Source: Octopus vulgaris (taxonomy: Eukaryota). Taken from it: a DNA stretch of 64,000 bases. The notes below the pieces were generated by a model. That model ran no database searches, was not told where the DNA came from, and worked only from the letters and a program-made list of their open reading frames with translations. The position numbers and the translations under genes are program-made. The stretch is from positions 85,064,001 to 85,128,000 of the forward strand of contig OX597818.1 of the NCBI GenBank assembly GCA_951406725.2, read 5' to 3'. This document shows, piece by piece, positions 1 through 11,662 of this stretch (position 1 is its first letter; each line of letters opens with the position of its first letter).

Positions 1-48
<48 letters not shown>

Positions 49-65
49 TGATGATGATGATGATG
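1..65. repeat. (TAA)n/(TGA)n microsatellite
   Basis: Directly visible trinucleotide runs. Confidence 0.95.
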
Positions 66-84
66 TTTCAAATGTCATCGCAGG

Positions 85-259
85 GAAGCCATTTTCGGGG
101 AGAGGATGAGTCGTTTACATCGATTCCAGTGTTTCACTGGTACTTAATTTATCGACCCCGAAAGGATGAAAGGAAAAATTTGAACTCAGAACATGAAGAC
201 AGACAAAATACTACTATGCATTTCGCCCGACATACCAGGGATTCTGCCAGCTCACTGCC
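85..259 (-). mobile_element. tRNA-derived SINE, family A
   Basis: Reverse complement gives GAGCTGGCAGAA (A-box-like) ... GTTCTGAGTTCAAATT (B-box-like) ... CCTTTCATCCTTTCGGGGTCGATAAATTAAGTACCAG, shared by many copies in the window. Confidence 0.85.
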
Positions 260-276
260 ATAATAATAATAATAAT

Positions 277-317
<41 letters not shown>

Positions 318-319
<2 letters not shown>

Positions 320-759
320 TTTATTAATTGACATGATTATTCCTTGCGATCACAATACAGCGGCGAAAGAATTTGACAAGATTAGTAAATATAAAGACTT
401 GCTAATAGAAATTGAAAAAATGTGGCATCTCAAGGCGACTACAATACCAGTGATTGTAGGATCTCTAGGAATGATAAAAAAAGGTACTGAAGCCGTTTTG
501 AAAATGATGCCAGGCTTACCATCCCTACAAGAAGTACAAAAAATCGTGTTAACTGGAACGGCTCATGTACTGAGAAGAGCATTATCGCTGTGAAAACAAT
601 ATCCATTCATGAATTTATTTATTTATTAATTTTCTAAATACATAATTTACCTGCAAATTTGCGTGTGTAATCTGGGAATGCATACAATGAGCTTCTCTGC
701 CCTAGGTGTACGGAAAACACTCGGCGGGAAACGGAAGAAAATTTTAAGAAAGAAGGAAA

Positions 760-760
<1 letters not shown>
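318..760 (+). mobile_element. 5'-truncated Dong/R4-clade non-LTR retrotransposon (C-terminal restriction-like endonuclease plus 3' UTR)
   Basis: Frame 318-593 reads CLLIDMIIPCDHNTAAKEFDKISKYKDLLIEIEKMWHLKATTIPVIVGSLGMIKK...LQEVQKIVLTGTAHVLRRALSL*, the typical R4/Dong C-terminus (LID..K..KY..L..W..PVIVGALG..GTAHILR). It is flanked on both sides by (TAA)n (261-317, 760-848). Confidence 0.88.
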
Positions 761-826
<66 letters not shown>

Positions 827-904
827 GTAATAATAGTAATAATAATAACGGTTTTAAATTTTGGCATAAGGCCAGCAACTTTTAAAGGGATAGGTAAAGT
901 TCAT

Positions 905-1080
905 CTCATCGTCTTGCACGTTGGACAAAATGCTAAGAATATATGTTATTACTGAAGTCGACTTTGCCTATTATCCTTTCAGGGTCGATAAAATACGTAC
1001 CAGCTGCACGCTGGGGGTGATGTAATCGACGAGTCACCCCTTCTTAAAATTTGCTGGCCTTATTCCAGAATTTAAAACCG
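905..1080 (+). mobile_element. SINE family A (degenerate), followed by (ATT)n/(AGT)n
   Basis: GTCGACTTTGCC..TATCCTTTCAGGGTCGATAAAATACGTACCAG...GCTGGCCTT tail. Confidence 0.75.
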
Positions 1081-1099
1081 TTATTATTATTATTATTAT

Positions 1100-1170
<71 letters not shown>

Positions 1171-1568
1171 ATAGTAGTATTCTATGTTAATATCTAAAAT
1201 CTTAATGATAAAATTAAATAAATTAAAATAAGTTAATGCATCAAAAATAAATAAAAATTGACAATTAGTAAAGGAGAAAGGGACAAAAGGAAGAAAAAAA
1301 TATTTATAGATTCAAAAGTGACGAGAGAAGAAAGAATTCCCTTAATATCTGTGACGAAAAGAGACTTCGTTCTGATAACACTAAAAAGAACAAATCTTAT
1401 ACACTCAATAGAAAATGAGAAGAATTATTTTGCTGAAGACGAGAGTAACAGACGACACAAAGCCTATCACCATCTTTTGTAATAAACATCATCATCATCT
1501 TCCTAACCACAACAACCATCATCAGCTACAACCTCATCATCATTATCATTGTCACCGTTACCATCATT

Positions 1569-1611
<43 letters not shown>

Positions 1612-2113
1612 ATAACAACAACATTGATGTCGTCATAGCCTTCGACATCATAATGTTCATTGGAGTCTTTTTTCAAGTCCAGAACTTTGAAATTGATGAG
1701 CATTTCTTTAGTTGTTTAAAGTCCCAAGTTCAGATCATCTCTTGGGAGATGTTACCTTCGATAGGACCAACCTACTATCCGATGGGAGATTTTATCTTTC
1801 ATCCACCTAATGTTATAGTAATCAGAGATAATCACCGACCTTGTGGATCCTTATTATTTCAGGAAAGATTTAAAGAATGAGAGATAACAGGGATAGATTA
1901 TCAGTTCTTCTAAAGGCATGAGTAGTTTTTGCAATTATTCTTCATCATTCATTCTCACTATCGATACAATTTCGAAGATAGATGCATTCCTATTAATTTT
2001 TAATACTGTTGACGATTTAGCATTATCATTGATATTTTATGAGATTTTAATGAAATTTTCCACTTAGTTGATTTACGGTCTTCCTTTCTTTGCCATTTTA
2101 AAAATATAATCTA

Positions 2114-2545
2114 AGACAGCGAGCTGGCTGAACTGTTTTGCACGCCGGACACAATGCATAGCTGTATTTCGTTTGTCCTTAGGTCTCGAGTTCAAATTTC
2201 GTCGAGGGTGAATTTACCTTTCGAGGTCGATAAAATACATACCAGTGAAGTACTGGGGTCGATGTAATCGATTTCCTCCTCCCGTCAAAAGACTGCTGGC
2301 CGGTGCCGAAGTCTGAAACCTTTAGTAAAAGCAGTGATCTGGCAGAATAATTTGCACGCCAGACAAAACGCTTAACGGTGTTTCGTTCGTTTTATAGAAT
2401 CTGAGTTCAAATTGCGCTGTGGTCGACTTTGCTTTTCATCCTTTTGTGGTCGATTCAATAAGTACCTATTGAGCACCGGAATCGATGTAAACGACTTACC
2501 TCTTCCCACAAAATTTCAGGCTTTGTGCCTATAGTAGAAAAGATT
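2114..2545 (+). mobile_element. two head-to-tail SINE family A copies
   Basis: Two GAGCTGGC/GATCTGGCAGAA heads (~2121, ~2336), each with GAGTTCAAATT and the GGTCGAT..AGTACC core. Confidence 0.8.
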
Positions 2546-2690
2546 ATTATTATAATATAGCGTGTGTTTTTGTCTGAATATCTTTGACATTGTTGCGCAT
2601 AACCAGGCTCTATCTAAGGAGGGTGCAAGGGAGGAACTATTCCGAGCTCGGACTCGTAAATCTTCTGGAATTTCAAATTTTACTGTATAA

Positions 2691-3078
2691 GCGCAGGTGT
2701 GGCTGTGTCGAGGAAGTTTATTTCTCAGCCACATTATTCCGGATTTGTGTCTTCTATTAATAGCACCGGGCTGACCAAAGCCTTTTGAGTAGATTTGGTA
2801 GTTTGGGAGTTGGAAACTGAAAAGAGCACGTCGTATGTGTGTGTGTGTGTGCGCGCGCGCATTGTATCTATGTGTGCGTGTCTTTATGTTTGTGTTTGTG
2901 TTTGTACCCTATCACTGCTTGACAACCGGTGTTCGTTTGTTTACGTACCGTTTTACGTAGCAGTTCAGCATAAGAAAACGATAGAATAAATAACAGGCTT
3001 TAAAAAATTAAGTACTAGGATCGATTTGCTCGACTACACTCTTCAAGACGGTACCCCAGTCCAATAATTGAAACGAGA
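2691..3078 (+). mobile_element. tRNA-derived SINE family B with internal microsatellite
   Basis: GCGCAGGTGTGGCTGTG head, GACCAAAGCC..GATTTGGTAG..GGAAACTGAAA, internal (GT)n, GCTTGACAACCGG..GATAGAATAA..TCGATTTGCTCGACT tail. Confidence 0.8.
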
Positions 3079-3360
3079 AAAAAAAATATGGACAACTAGC
3101 AAACACATTACGTAAAAAGGTCCTGCAAGAAACATTAAGCCCTCTGCTAAAATGACTATCGGCAGCTTGATGCATCAATACTGTATTTCTCTGCCGTCTG
3201 CAAAACCTACATGTCTCATATTCCTTGGTTTCTTTATCGCCATTTGTCTATTTTATCTATTAACCACGAATATTTTCTCTTGAAACAGAAGTCAATGATC
3301 ATACCGAACAACACACGAGGCCGATATCTCCCTCTTTTACTCCAGCTGTCTTTCTTTTCT

Positions 3361-3405
<45 letters not shown>

Positions 3406-3977
3406 TTCCCCCTTTTCTTCCTTCTCTCAAATTTAGCTTCTCAGTTTATTTATCCTCATTGTAGTTTGTGTGCTTTTTTTTTTTCAAGTATCACAAGAAA
3501 TTTCCAGATAGACTCTCACTAAAGACAATCAAAAGATTTTCACTAAACACTGTCAAAGAACTTCTTGATGATATCAATAAAATTTTATACCAGAATGGCA
3601 GGATGAATTCTTCTAGAATTATTCTCAATATGTAAACTTGTTCGCGATAACATCTTTCTTTTGGTCGAAATTCAATTTAAAATTCCCAAAGTGTTATGAC
3701 ACTCTCTGTAGTCATTATTCTGTTTAAGATAAACTTACAAAACACCTTGGATATTTTAGAAAGAAGTGAGACTCCATACAAGCTGTTACTGTTTCTTACA
3801 TAACTATGCTTTGCTAGATTTTACCGAAATACCTTATCATTACTACTTTAGTATCTTCCCTCTCCTCCCCATTGTCTGTTAAACAAGATTCTATAGACAA
3901 CATATAATTGTTGTGACTGCTAAAGAATGTGTCGTTTTATGTATAACAATGTTGGTTCCAGCTGCTTTTTGGTTTGT

Positions 3978-4120
3978 CAGGGCAATGAATTTGCAGAATC
4001 GTTAGAGCATTGGTTAGAACGCTTTACGTTAAACGTTCCAGCCCTCTACATTCGGAGTTCAAATCCCGCAGAGATCAATTGTTCGGTTCATCCTTTCGAA
4101 GGTCGATAAATAAAGTACCA
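3978..4120 (+). mobile_element. SINE family A fragment
   Basis: GCAGAATCGTTAGAGC..GAGTTCAAATCCCGC..CATCCTTTCGAAGGTCGATAAA..GTACC. Confidence 0.7.
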
Positions 4121-4329
4121 TCCCAGGAAAATAGATTGGAAAAGTTGCTAGAGGTGCAGGTAAGATGTTTTCTTTATCTTGTTCCTGTTCTCTGCATCCG
4201 AATTTCATCTATGGATTCGAAACGCACTGATGGTCATGTTATCACCCTTCATACACGGAGAGATATAACTTTTTCATAGCTTAGTCAGAAGAATGGAATA
4301 CCTGTCCATGACCTTCACACTGTAAGTGA

Positions 4330-4625
4330 TGAGAGTTGTTTAAAAGAAGTTCAGCTTGAACATGTATTGATGTCTGTACGGAAAGCACGAGCTGGGCGGT
4401 TGTTGTTCTGGGGAGATATGCTTAGGCGAAGCGTTACTGCGTGATATAGATACGACACAACTTACGGGCAACGAAAGAAGGAGAGACGGATATGAACCTT
4501 GTCAGGGTTTGCAACTACCTTGTTTAGAGATTACAAAGCTGTCGTAATATCTATAAATGAAGCAGGGAGAGAAAACAGCATAAATGCGTCCCTGTGACTG
4601 AAGTGTTTTGGTGAGTATGCCTTTG
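4330..4625 (-). mobile_element. degenerate CR1/L2/Jockey-group LINE ORF2 C-terminal relic
   Basis: Minus-strand translation LTKTLQSQGRIYAVFSPCFIYRYYD resembles the LQPLxHRRxVASLxLFYRYY motif of these LINEs. Heavily decayed. Confidence 0.5.
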
Positions 4626-4789
4626 TTAGTCATATAACCTTTAGATGTGATCTTTGGATATGATTTGTGTGTGTGTGTGAAAGAGAGAGAGAGGGAGAGA
4701 GAGAGTATCTGTGGAGATGAGCAAGACACACATTACAGTGAAGAAATGTTACATGAATGAAAGAGTATATGAAACATATAAAAAAAAAA

Positions 4790-4960
4790 TCTAGAGCAGC
4801 GAGACCCCAAGTGGCAGCTTGACACGCTAGATATAACAGACAACTTCCTCTCAACTGACTTTCTAACATCATTAAAACAAACAAAAAAAAAAAGACACAT
4901 CAGATAATTTCGTCTGAGACAAATATCTGAAATGACGATATGACCAGAGATATCGATCCT
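4790..4960 (+). mobile_element. interspersed repeat family C (SINE-like), partial
   Basis: Matches the window consensus ..GTGG..CTCGAC.TGCTAGAAATAGCAGCCAAATCTCCCTCAA.., also seen at 22620, 29215 and 63640. Confidence 0.55.
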
Positions 4961-5816
4961 GTGTCTGCCAGATTAAAGGTCAGAACTGGTCCTATGGGAA
5001 GTCTGTCTATTAGAAGATCTATGTTTAGTCTATATCTGTGTTAGTGGTAACATATTGAACGAAGTACGCATTAAAAACCTGATTAGAAATACTTATACTT
5101 TCAATGTTAAAATATATAACCTCATGGAATATTATTCTGAGTTCAAATCCTACAGAAGTCAATTTTGGCTTTCATTATTTCGGGATCAATGAGATAAAGA
5201 ACTCAAGTACTCGGATCGATATACTTACCCAATGAAAATTGTTGGTATTGCGCTAAAATTAGAAATGATTATTTTAACCACTTCGACAAATAAGTGTGTG
5301 TGTGTGTGTGTCATTCAGTTTTATTTCAAGCTTTACAGAGAAAGAGCCGGTTTCCAACTTAGATCCAAGGCTCAATCATTGGAATTTCAACATCAACATA
5401 GTGTTTTGCATGTATGTGTGTATACGTGAAGTATCTGGAGTCAGTGCATATGCAGATTTTTGTATTTTGCTTGATGTATGCATTCTCATGCATATAGTTG
5501 CATGTCTAGACATGCAATTATACACTTAGACGAACTTTTACAGTTCCAGTGATGGCTTGTATCTGTAGTCATCGAATCAGCTTTCTCTGTTCTGATTTTG
5601 AGAAGCCTAAATTCTCAAAATTGATATTTAAGTAATGTGCTACTTATCCCAGTGTCCCCAATAATTACGAGTATAAACATGAAACTGTAATCTGAGTAGA
5701 GTAAGTATAGATTTCTCAATAGTTCAGCGTATTTTCTTTTCTGATCTATAGCTTTATGTTAACATGTATGTATGTTTGTATGTATGTATGTATGTATGTA
5801 TGTATGTATGTATGTA

Positions 5817-6336
<520 letters not shown>

Positions 6337-6410
6337 TATGTACTGAATTCTTGTTATGAATGTTCGGTTGTTCAATAGCTATACAACTAGATTCACCGAA
6401 TTACATGTCT

Positions 6411-6540
6411 ACACACACATACACACACTTACACACACATACACACACTTACACACACATACACACACTTACACACACATACACACACTTACACACACAT
6501 ACACACACTTACACACGTACACACACTTACACACACACAC
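6411..6540. repeat. 20-bp minisatellite (ACACACACATACACACACTT) x ~6
   Basis: Directly visible higher-order period on a CA background. Confidence 0.85.
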
Positions 6541-6886
6541 ATACATACTTATTAATGTGTAGTAGGGCCTTCCTTAAATCCCAAACGGTATCACTTAGAT
6601 AACTATCTGGGTGGATATCCTTGATCCTCCAAATAGGTATAAGGCTCCAAACATCTTTCTGGTTCAAGTCGTAAGCCCATAAAATAAAACATACAAACGC
6701 ATAGACAAATACAGTATTTACACACACACACACACACACACACTCTCTCTCTTTCTCTTTCTCTTTCTCTCTCTTTCACTCGTGTATGCGAACGCACACA
6801 GACATTATCTGACTACATGTGTAGGCACTCGCGTATCAGTGTGCATATGCGTTTGTACATGTTTGTGCGTGTGTGTGTGTGTGTGT

Positions 6887-6934
<48 letters not shown>

Positions 6935-7370
6935 GTACACGTATGTATGTGTATATAATATCAAGTACGGATGTATGGAAATGTAAAAATCCAGGTTAGA
7001 TAATGTGCACCTGTCTAAATCTTTACGTGAAACTAATAATTCTGAGTGTCTATATAAACAAAAATTCGAGAATGTGTGTGTCAACATATATATATATTAT
7101 ATATAATGCATTCGTGTATACGCACGCGCACACACACACGTGTGTGTGTCTGTATGTATGCGTGTGTGTATATAAATATATATACGTGTGCGTGAACAAA
7201 CCAAAGAAAGTAGCACTGAACACATTTGTTTGGAGCTACATGTATATAACAGTAGTTTGTCTCAGCCACACGATAGTTAAAGCTTCTCGGTTGTATGGCA
7301 CGTCCACGTTGCTTTAAGTCACGTTAAGCTGTTTCCATCCTCTATATTCATATATATATATATATATATA

Positions 7371-7570
7371 GCCATGATAGACCGTTAGCTCCTACACGCA
7401 TTTTTTTTTCTCTCCTTGTTTCTTTTCTGTGTATCTTTCCTTCGAAGAGCGTAGGCTCGAAACGTAAAAGACTTGTTCTATTTCTATCCCTGAGCGCCAT
7501 ACTTATACATTTGTTTGTTTGTACTCCACCTGCCTTCGTCTTTTGTTTATTTTCGTAAACCTTCCCGTTA
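7371..7570 (+). mobile_element. short Penelope-like/retrozyme-type element in (TA)n, with variant hammerhead fold at 7434-7471
   Basis: TCTTT-CCTTCGA-A-GAGC gtag GCTC-GAAA-CGTA-AAAGA. A second copy lies at 49107-49318. TA repeats flank both sides. Confidence 0.65.
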
Positions 7571-7587
7571 TATATATATATATATAT

Positions 7588-7790
7588 GGTTAATCCAAAC
7601 AAACTAAGAGAAAACACAACTCGAGGACGTGCAACAAGTATAGTGTTATTGGACGGTCAGGAAAGGGAAGAAAGAAGGAGGATTTAACGTTTCGAGCAGA
7701 GCTCTTCGTCAGAAACATAGAAAAAGGAAAGGTCTAAGGATGGGAAGTCGGAGAAAAAAAATCGCCAACGATACACATGCGGTCACATAA

Positions 7791-7793
<3 letters not shown>
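7588..7793 (-). mobile_element. short Penelope-like/retrozyme-type element in (TA)n
   Basis: Bounded by (TA)n on both sides and contains the minimal HHR at 7681-7716. Confidence 0.65.
7681..7716 (-). ncRNA. minimal type I hammerhead ribozyme motif
   Basis: Minus strand GTTT-CTGACGA-A-GAGC tct GCTC-GAAA-CGTT-AAAT: canonical CUGANGA/GAAA core, 4-bp stem II, palindromic ACGU stem III, GUU triplet. Confidence 0.7.
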
Positions 7794-7835
<42 letters not shown>

Positions 7836-8238
7836 TGTGTGTGTGTGTGTGTACATATATATATATATATTCTGTTTAACTTTCTAATAGAAGGGGAAAA
7901 TAGTTTTATGTATTTATATGTATGACATAAAAATGATAAAATACGTTTTCACAGAATAAATGCTTTCGTATATTTGTTATAATTGTTGAACTGAAAATAT
8001 TTTGTCGTACGTTTCTTAAGATAAGTTCGAAATATATAACACACGAGAGAAGGGGCGAAGGAGAAAAAAGTATTACGTGTTACATAGAGACTTTGTGTTG
8101 AATAAGATTGTAATGTATAAATTTTTACTTGTGTTGCGGTTAAAACGGGTTTTGTAGTAGAAAGGAAAGTCATATTTATCTGACCAGGATCCGGTTTGCA
8201 TCGGTCTTCGGCTACATATATATATATATATATATATA

Positions 8239-8870
8239 CGGAGTGTGGCGAATATATAGTCGTCTAAATTACGCAAAATTGAAAATAACACTGACATCTC
8301 ATTTTAAGATGTATTTACCAAAATTGCATAAAAATATCTTCAAATACTAAAAACCACCATTGACTTCAACCACAGCCTCCAGACGCCTTTGGAATCTTTT
8401 GCATCTCTTCTCGATAGGTCCCTTATTAAGTTGGTGAATGCTGCCATAATCCTTACCTTCGGTTCATCTTTGGTGTCACAAGTTTTCATGGTCTCTCGCA
8501 CATAATAATCAGTGGGGTGCAGCCTTGGAAGTTAGGTGGCCAGATGTTAGGGATGATGTGGTCGCAGAAATTACCTGACAACCATGACAGGGTTCTCCTG
8601 CGTGTGTGGCATGGTGCAGGGTCCTGTTGCCAGACAGGGCCTTCTAGCAGCCACCCAATTGACAAAAGCAACACTACCGACTCCAGGCACTTGATGTAGG
8701 CCTCCATGTTGAGTCTGAGGCCGTGTGGAAAGATAAATGGAGGCATAACGTCGCCATCACTAGTGATCACTCCAAGCGCTATGATGTTGACTGGATGTTT
8801 CATTTTTATCACTTTCGGTACGTGTTTTAGGGACAAGGTAAGCCAACGTTTGTTCTGAGTTCACCGTCTG
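8239..8870 (-). mobile_element. Tc1/mariner (maT/DD37D-like) transposase 3' fragment, decayed, with probable terminal repeat ending at TA
   Basis: KHPVNIIALGVITSDGDVMPPFIFPHGLRLNMEAYIKCLESVV...VWQQDPAPCHT..WLSGNFCDHIIPNIWPPN. After frameshifts it continues ..KVRIMAAFTN..LEAVVEVNGGF. The element end abuts (TA)n at 8238. Confidence 0.85.
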
Positions 8871-9402
8871 TTCGTATCAGAGCTTCCGGTTCGACTGCCA
8901 AGCAGTACAGCATGTCGTTTCCAAATTTCATATATACATGTACATATGAATCTTTCGCAAAGAAAAGTTTGGCAGTAATTTTGAACTTTCAGCTTACTCA
9001 CTTTAATAAGTCTGTCTGATGACGACGTGCAGGCTAAAACTTCAAAGTCGCTATCAACCTCTCCCTAAAAAGTATCGAATAATCTATTAAAAAGTATCGA
9101 GTAATCTTTCAGTTTCATGTTAAATTGTTTTCATGTTATGACTTGACATATGAACTAACATCAAAATGTACGCGCACGTATGTGTGTGTGTTTGACGGTT
9201 AAATTAAATACATATGTGTGCGTGTGTGTATGTATATGTTTGTGTATACATGTATGTTTATACATGCTTTGTATTGTACATTGCACATTGCACATTCTTC
9301 AATTTCCGTTCCACTCCTAACATAGACGTCATATCTCAAAGCTATTACAGATCTTTTGTAATAGTTTGTCCTCTGTGCCTTCCTGTCTGCGTATGCATAC
9401 AT

Positions 9403-9455
<53 letters not shown>

Positions 9456-9491
9456 CATATATATATATATATATATAGTACATATATATAT

Positions 9492-9542
<51 letters not shown>

Positions 9543-9694
9543 ATATAAAATAAATATAAGAGAGTGGTCACTATATTGCTCACTCTAGCACCAGTTAATC
9601 CAAAAGGTTTCAACCACGAAAATACATGTTTCCCATGAAAGCCAGTACGACTGTTAGCTCACACGGACAGGGCAAATAAAAAATAACAAAAATA

Positions 9695-9788
9695 CAGATT
9701 ATTTTGGGACAATTGTTTCGCTATTAATGAATTAAATGTAATATTACTTACAAAAATCCATTTGTAGCTCGTCAGCCAAGACTATCTG
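9695..9788 (-). ncRNA. type I hammerhead ribozyme (mirror copy in left inverted arm)
   Basis: Exact reverse complement of 10258-10351. Confidence 0.85.
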
Positions 9789-10257
9789 GATGAAATCCAC
9801 TCAATCACACGCCAGATTTTACCATAACGATAAATACGCGTGTGGTTCAATTGATTACATCCGACGTTATAATTCAAATGCCCCAACCAACAGCGCGCCA
9901 AACTCTCACGGAAAACAAATACAGCATTTAGAAATAAATGCAGCATAATTATAATATATTTATTTTGTAAAAATATTATAATATGTTATAAAATATTATA
10001 ATAATCCAGGTTTCTCGTAGCACTAGGCCACTTGGTGTGGAATAAATATACTATTAAATTAGTATCTAATTCTCTCACCCTTATTAATTAATTATAATTA
10101 TGCTGCATTTATTTCTAAATGCTGTATTTGTTTTCCGTGAGAGTTTGGCGCGCTGTTGGTTGGGGCATTTGAATTATAACGTCGGATGTAATCAATTGAA
10201 CCACACGCGTATTTATCGTTATGGTAAAATCTGGCGTGTGATTGAGTGGATTTCATC

Positions 10258-10351
10258 CAGATAGTCTTGGCTGACGAGCTACAAATGGATTTTTGTAAGT
10301 AATATTACATTTAATTCATTAATAGCGAAACAATTGTCCCAAAATAATCTG
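10258..10351 (+). ncRNA. type I hammerhead ribozyme, apparently intact
   Basis: Stem I CAGATAGTCTTGG/CCAAAATAATCTG; core CTGACGA (10271-10277); stem II closed by GCTA/TAGC; GAAA (10327-10330); palindromic stem III ACAATTGT; GTC triplet, with predicted cleavage after 10338. Confidence 0.85.
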
Positions 10352-10697
10352 TATTTTTGTTATTTTTTATTTGCCCTGTCCGTGTGAGCTAACAGTCGTA
10401 CTGGCTTTCATGGGAAACATGTATTTTCGTGGTTGAAACCTTTTGGATTAACTGGTGCTAGAGTGAGCAATATAGTGACCACTCTCTTATATTTATTTTG
10501 TAAAAATATTATAATATGTTATAAAATATTATAATAATCCAGGTTTCTCGTAGCACTAGGCCACTTGGTGTGGAATAAATATACTATTAAATTAGTATCT
10601 AATTCTCTCACCCTTATTAATTAATTATATATATATATATATATTCATATATATATATATACACATACAGACACACACATAGATATATTATTATTTA

Positions 10698-10895
10698 TTT
10701 TTACCTCCGCCTTAGTGAAGGCGGAAGTATTGTTTCCAGTCGTGTTTGTTTGTTTGTTTGTCCGTGGAAAAGATATCTCAAGAACCGCCGGATGGATTCG
10801 GATTAAACTTTCAGGAATACTTGGCCTTGTTACTGGCACGAACTGATTAGATTTGGGGATCGATCCGGTACCGGACAAGGATTCTGGATTATTTG
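10698..10895 (+). mobile_element. Helentron-associated non-autonomous element (HINE/DINE-1-like), 5' part
   Basis: TTACCTCCGCC..GGCGGAAG short inverted repeat, (GTTT)n tract, GGATGGATTCGGATTAAACTT, GATCCGGTACCGGA. Confidence 0.65.
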
Positions 10896-11111
10896 TTATA
10901 TTTACTTTACATGATTACGATCTTATGCTAACTTTCAAGTCTTTCTCAATTATCTCCCTTTCGGCTGTTTCCAAAGTTTTATTTTCGTTTCTCTATTATT
11001 AATTTTACTCGCGTCTCTGTCTTAGTAGAAACTGATAGATAAAGAAATCAAACTACATAAACAAACAGCAGCAAAACCGTTCAGAAATTAAATAACACTA
11101 ACTTTTTTTAT

Positions 11112-11510
11112 GATGGATGTGTTACCAGTGCCGGTGGCATGTAAGAGAACCTTTCGTTTCGCGACCGTTGCCAGCGCCGCCCCGACTGGCCTCGTGCCGG
11201 TGGCACGTAAAAAGCTCATCCGTTCGTGTCCGTTGCCAGCCTCGCCTGGCCCTCGTGCCGGTGGCACATAAAAAGCACCATCCGTTCGTAGCCGTTTGCC
11301 AGCTCTGTCTGGCACCTGTGCGGGTGGCACGTAAAAAGCACCCACTACACTCACGGAGTGGTTGGCGTTAGGAAGGGCATCCAGCCGTAGAAACACTGCC
11401 AGATTTGACTGGGCCTGATGAAGCCTTCTGGCTTCACAGACCCCAGTTGAACCGTCCAACCCATGCTAGCATGGAAAACGGACGCTAAACGATGATGATG
11501 ATGATGATGA
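11112..11510 (+). mobile_element. SINE-like retroelement with internal tandem subrepeats and RTE-like tail ending in (GAT)n
   Basis: Four GCCGGTGGCAC..AAAAAGC subrepeats, then GGTTGGCGTTAGGAAGGGCATCCAGCCGTAGAAAC and CCAACCCATGCTAGCATGGAAAACGGACG.TAAACGATGATG. A second copy lies at 13246-13560. Confidence 0.8.
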
Positions 11511-11662
11511 TTATATATTATACATACATATTAACATTTAACAATATGCTTATATATATACATCGATCTAGAACAACAAGCGTACTAAAGGAAGGCCAGA
11601 ATTTAAGAGAAGAGAAAACCAAATGGTTTCATGTTATTCATTTAAAACTTCCTGAGTAGAAC

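Larger units (their letters stand above)
9547..10629. mobile_element. hammerhead-bearing non-coding element with A'-B-A-B architecture (Penelope-related/retrozyme-like) in (TA)n
   Basis: Perfect inverted arms 9547-9955 / 10091-10499 (409 bp). Perfect direct repeat 9955-10096 / 10488-10629 (142 bp, period 533). TA microsatellite at both ends. Confidence 0.8.

Noticed and set aside
1620-2100. Possible minus-strand exon or pseudogene starting ATGGCAAAGAAAGGAAGA
   Set aside because: Stop after 7 codons and no recognisable homology.
9010-9050. CTGATGA...AAAACTTCAAAGTC hammerhead-like string
   Set aside because: G12 is missing and neither stem I nor stem II pairs.
11130-11345. CRISPR-like repeat-spacer pattern (GCCGGTGGCAC..AAAAAGC)
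   Set aside because: Spacers are similar to each other, the array is internal to a retroelement with a second copy at 13246, the context is eukaryotic, and there are no cas genes.
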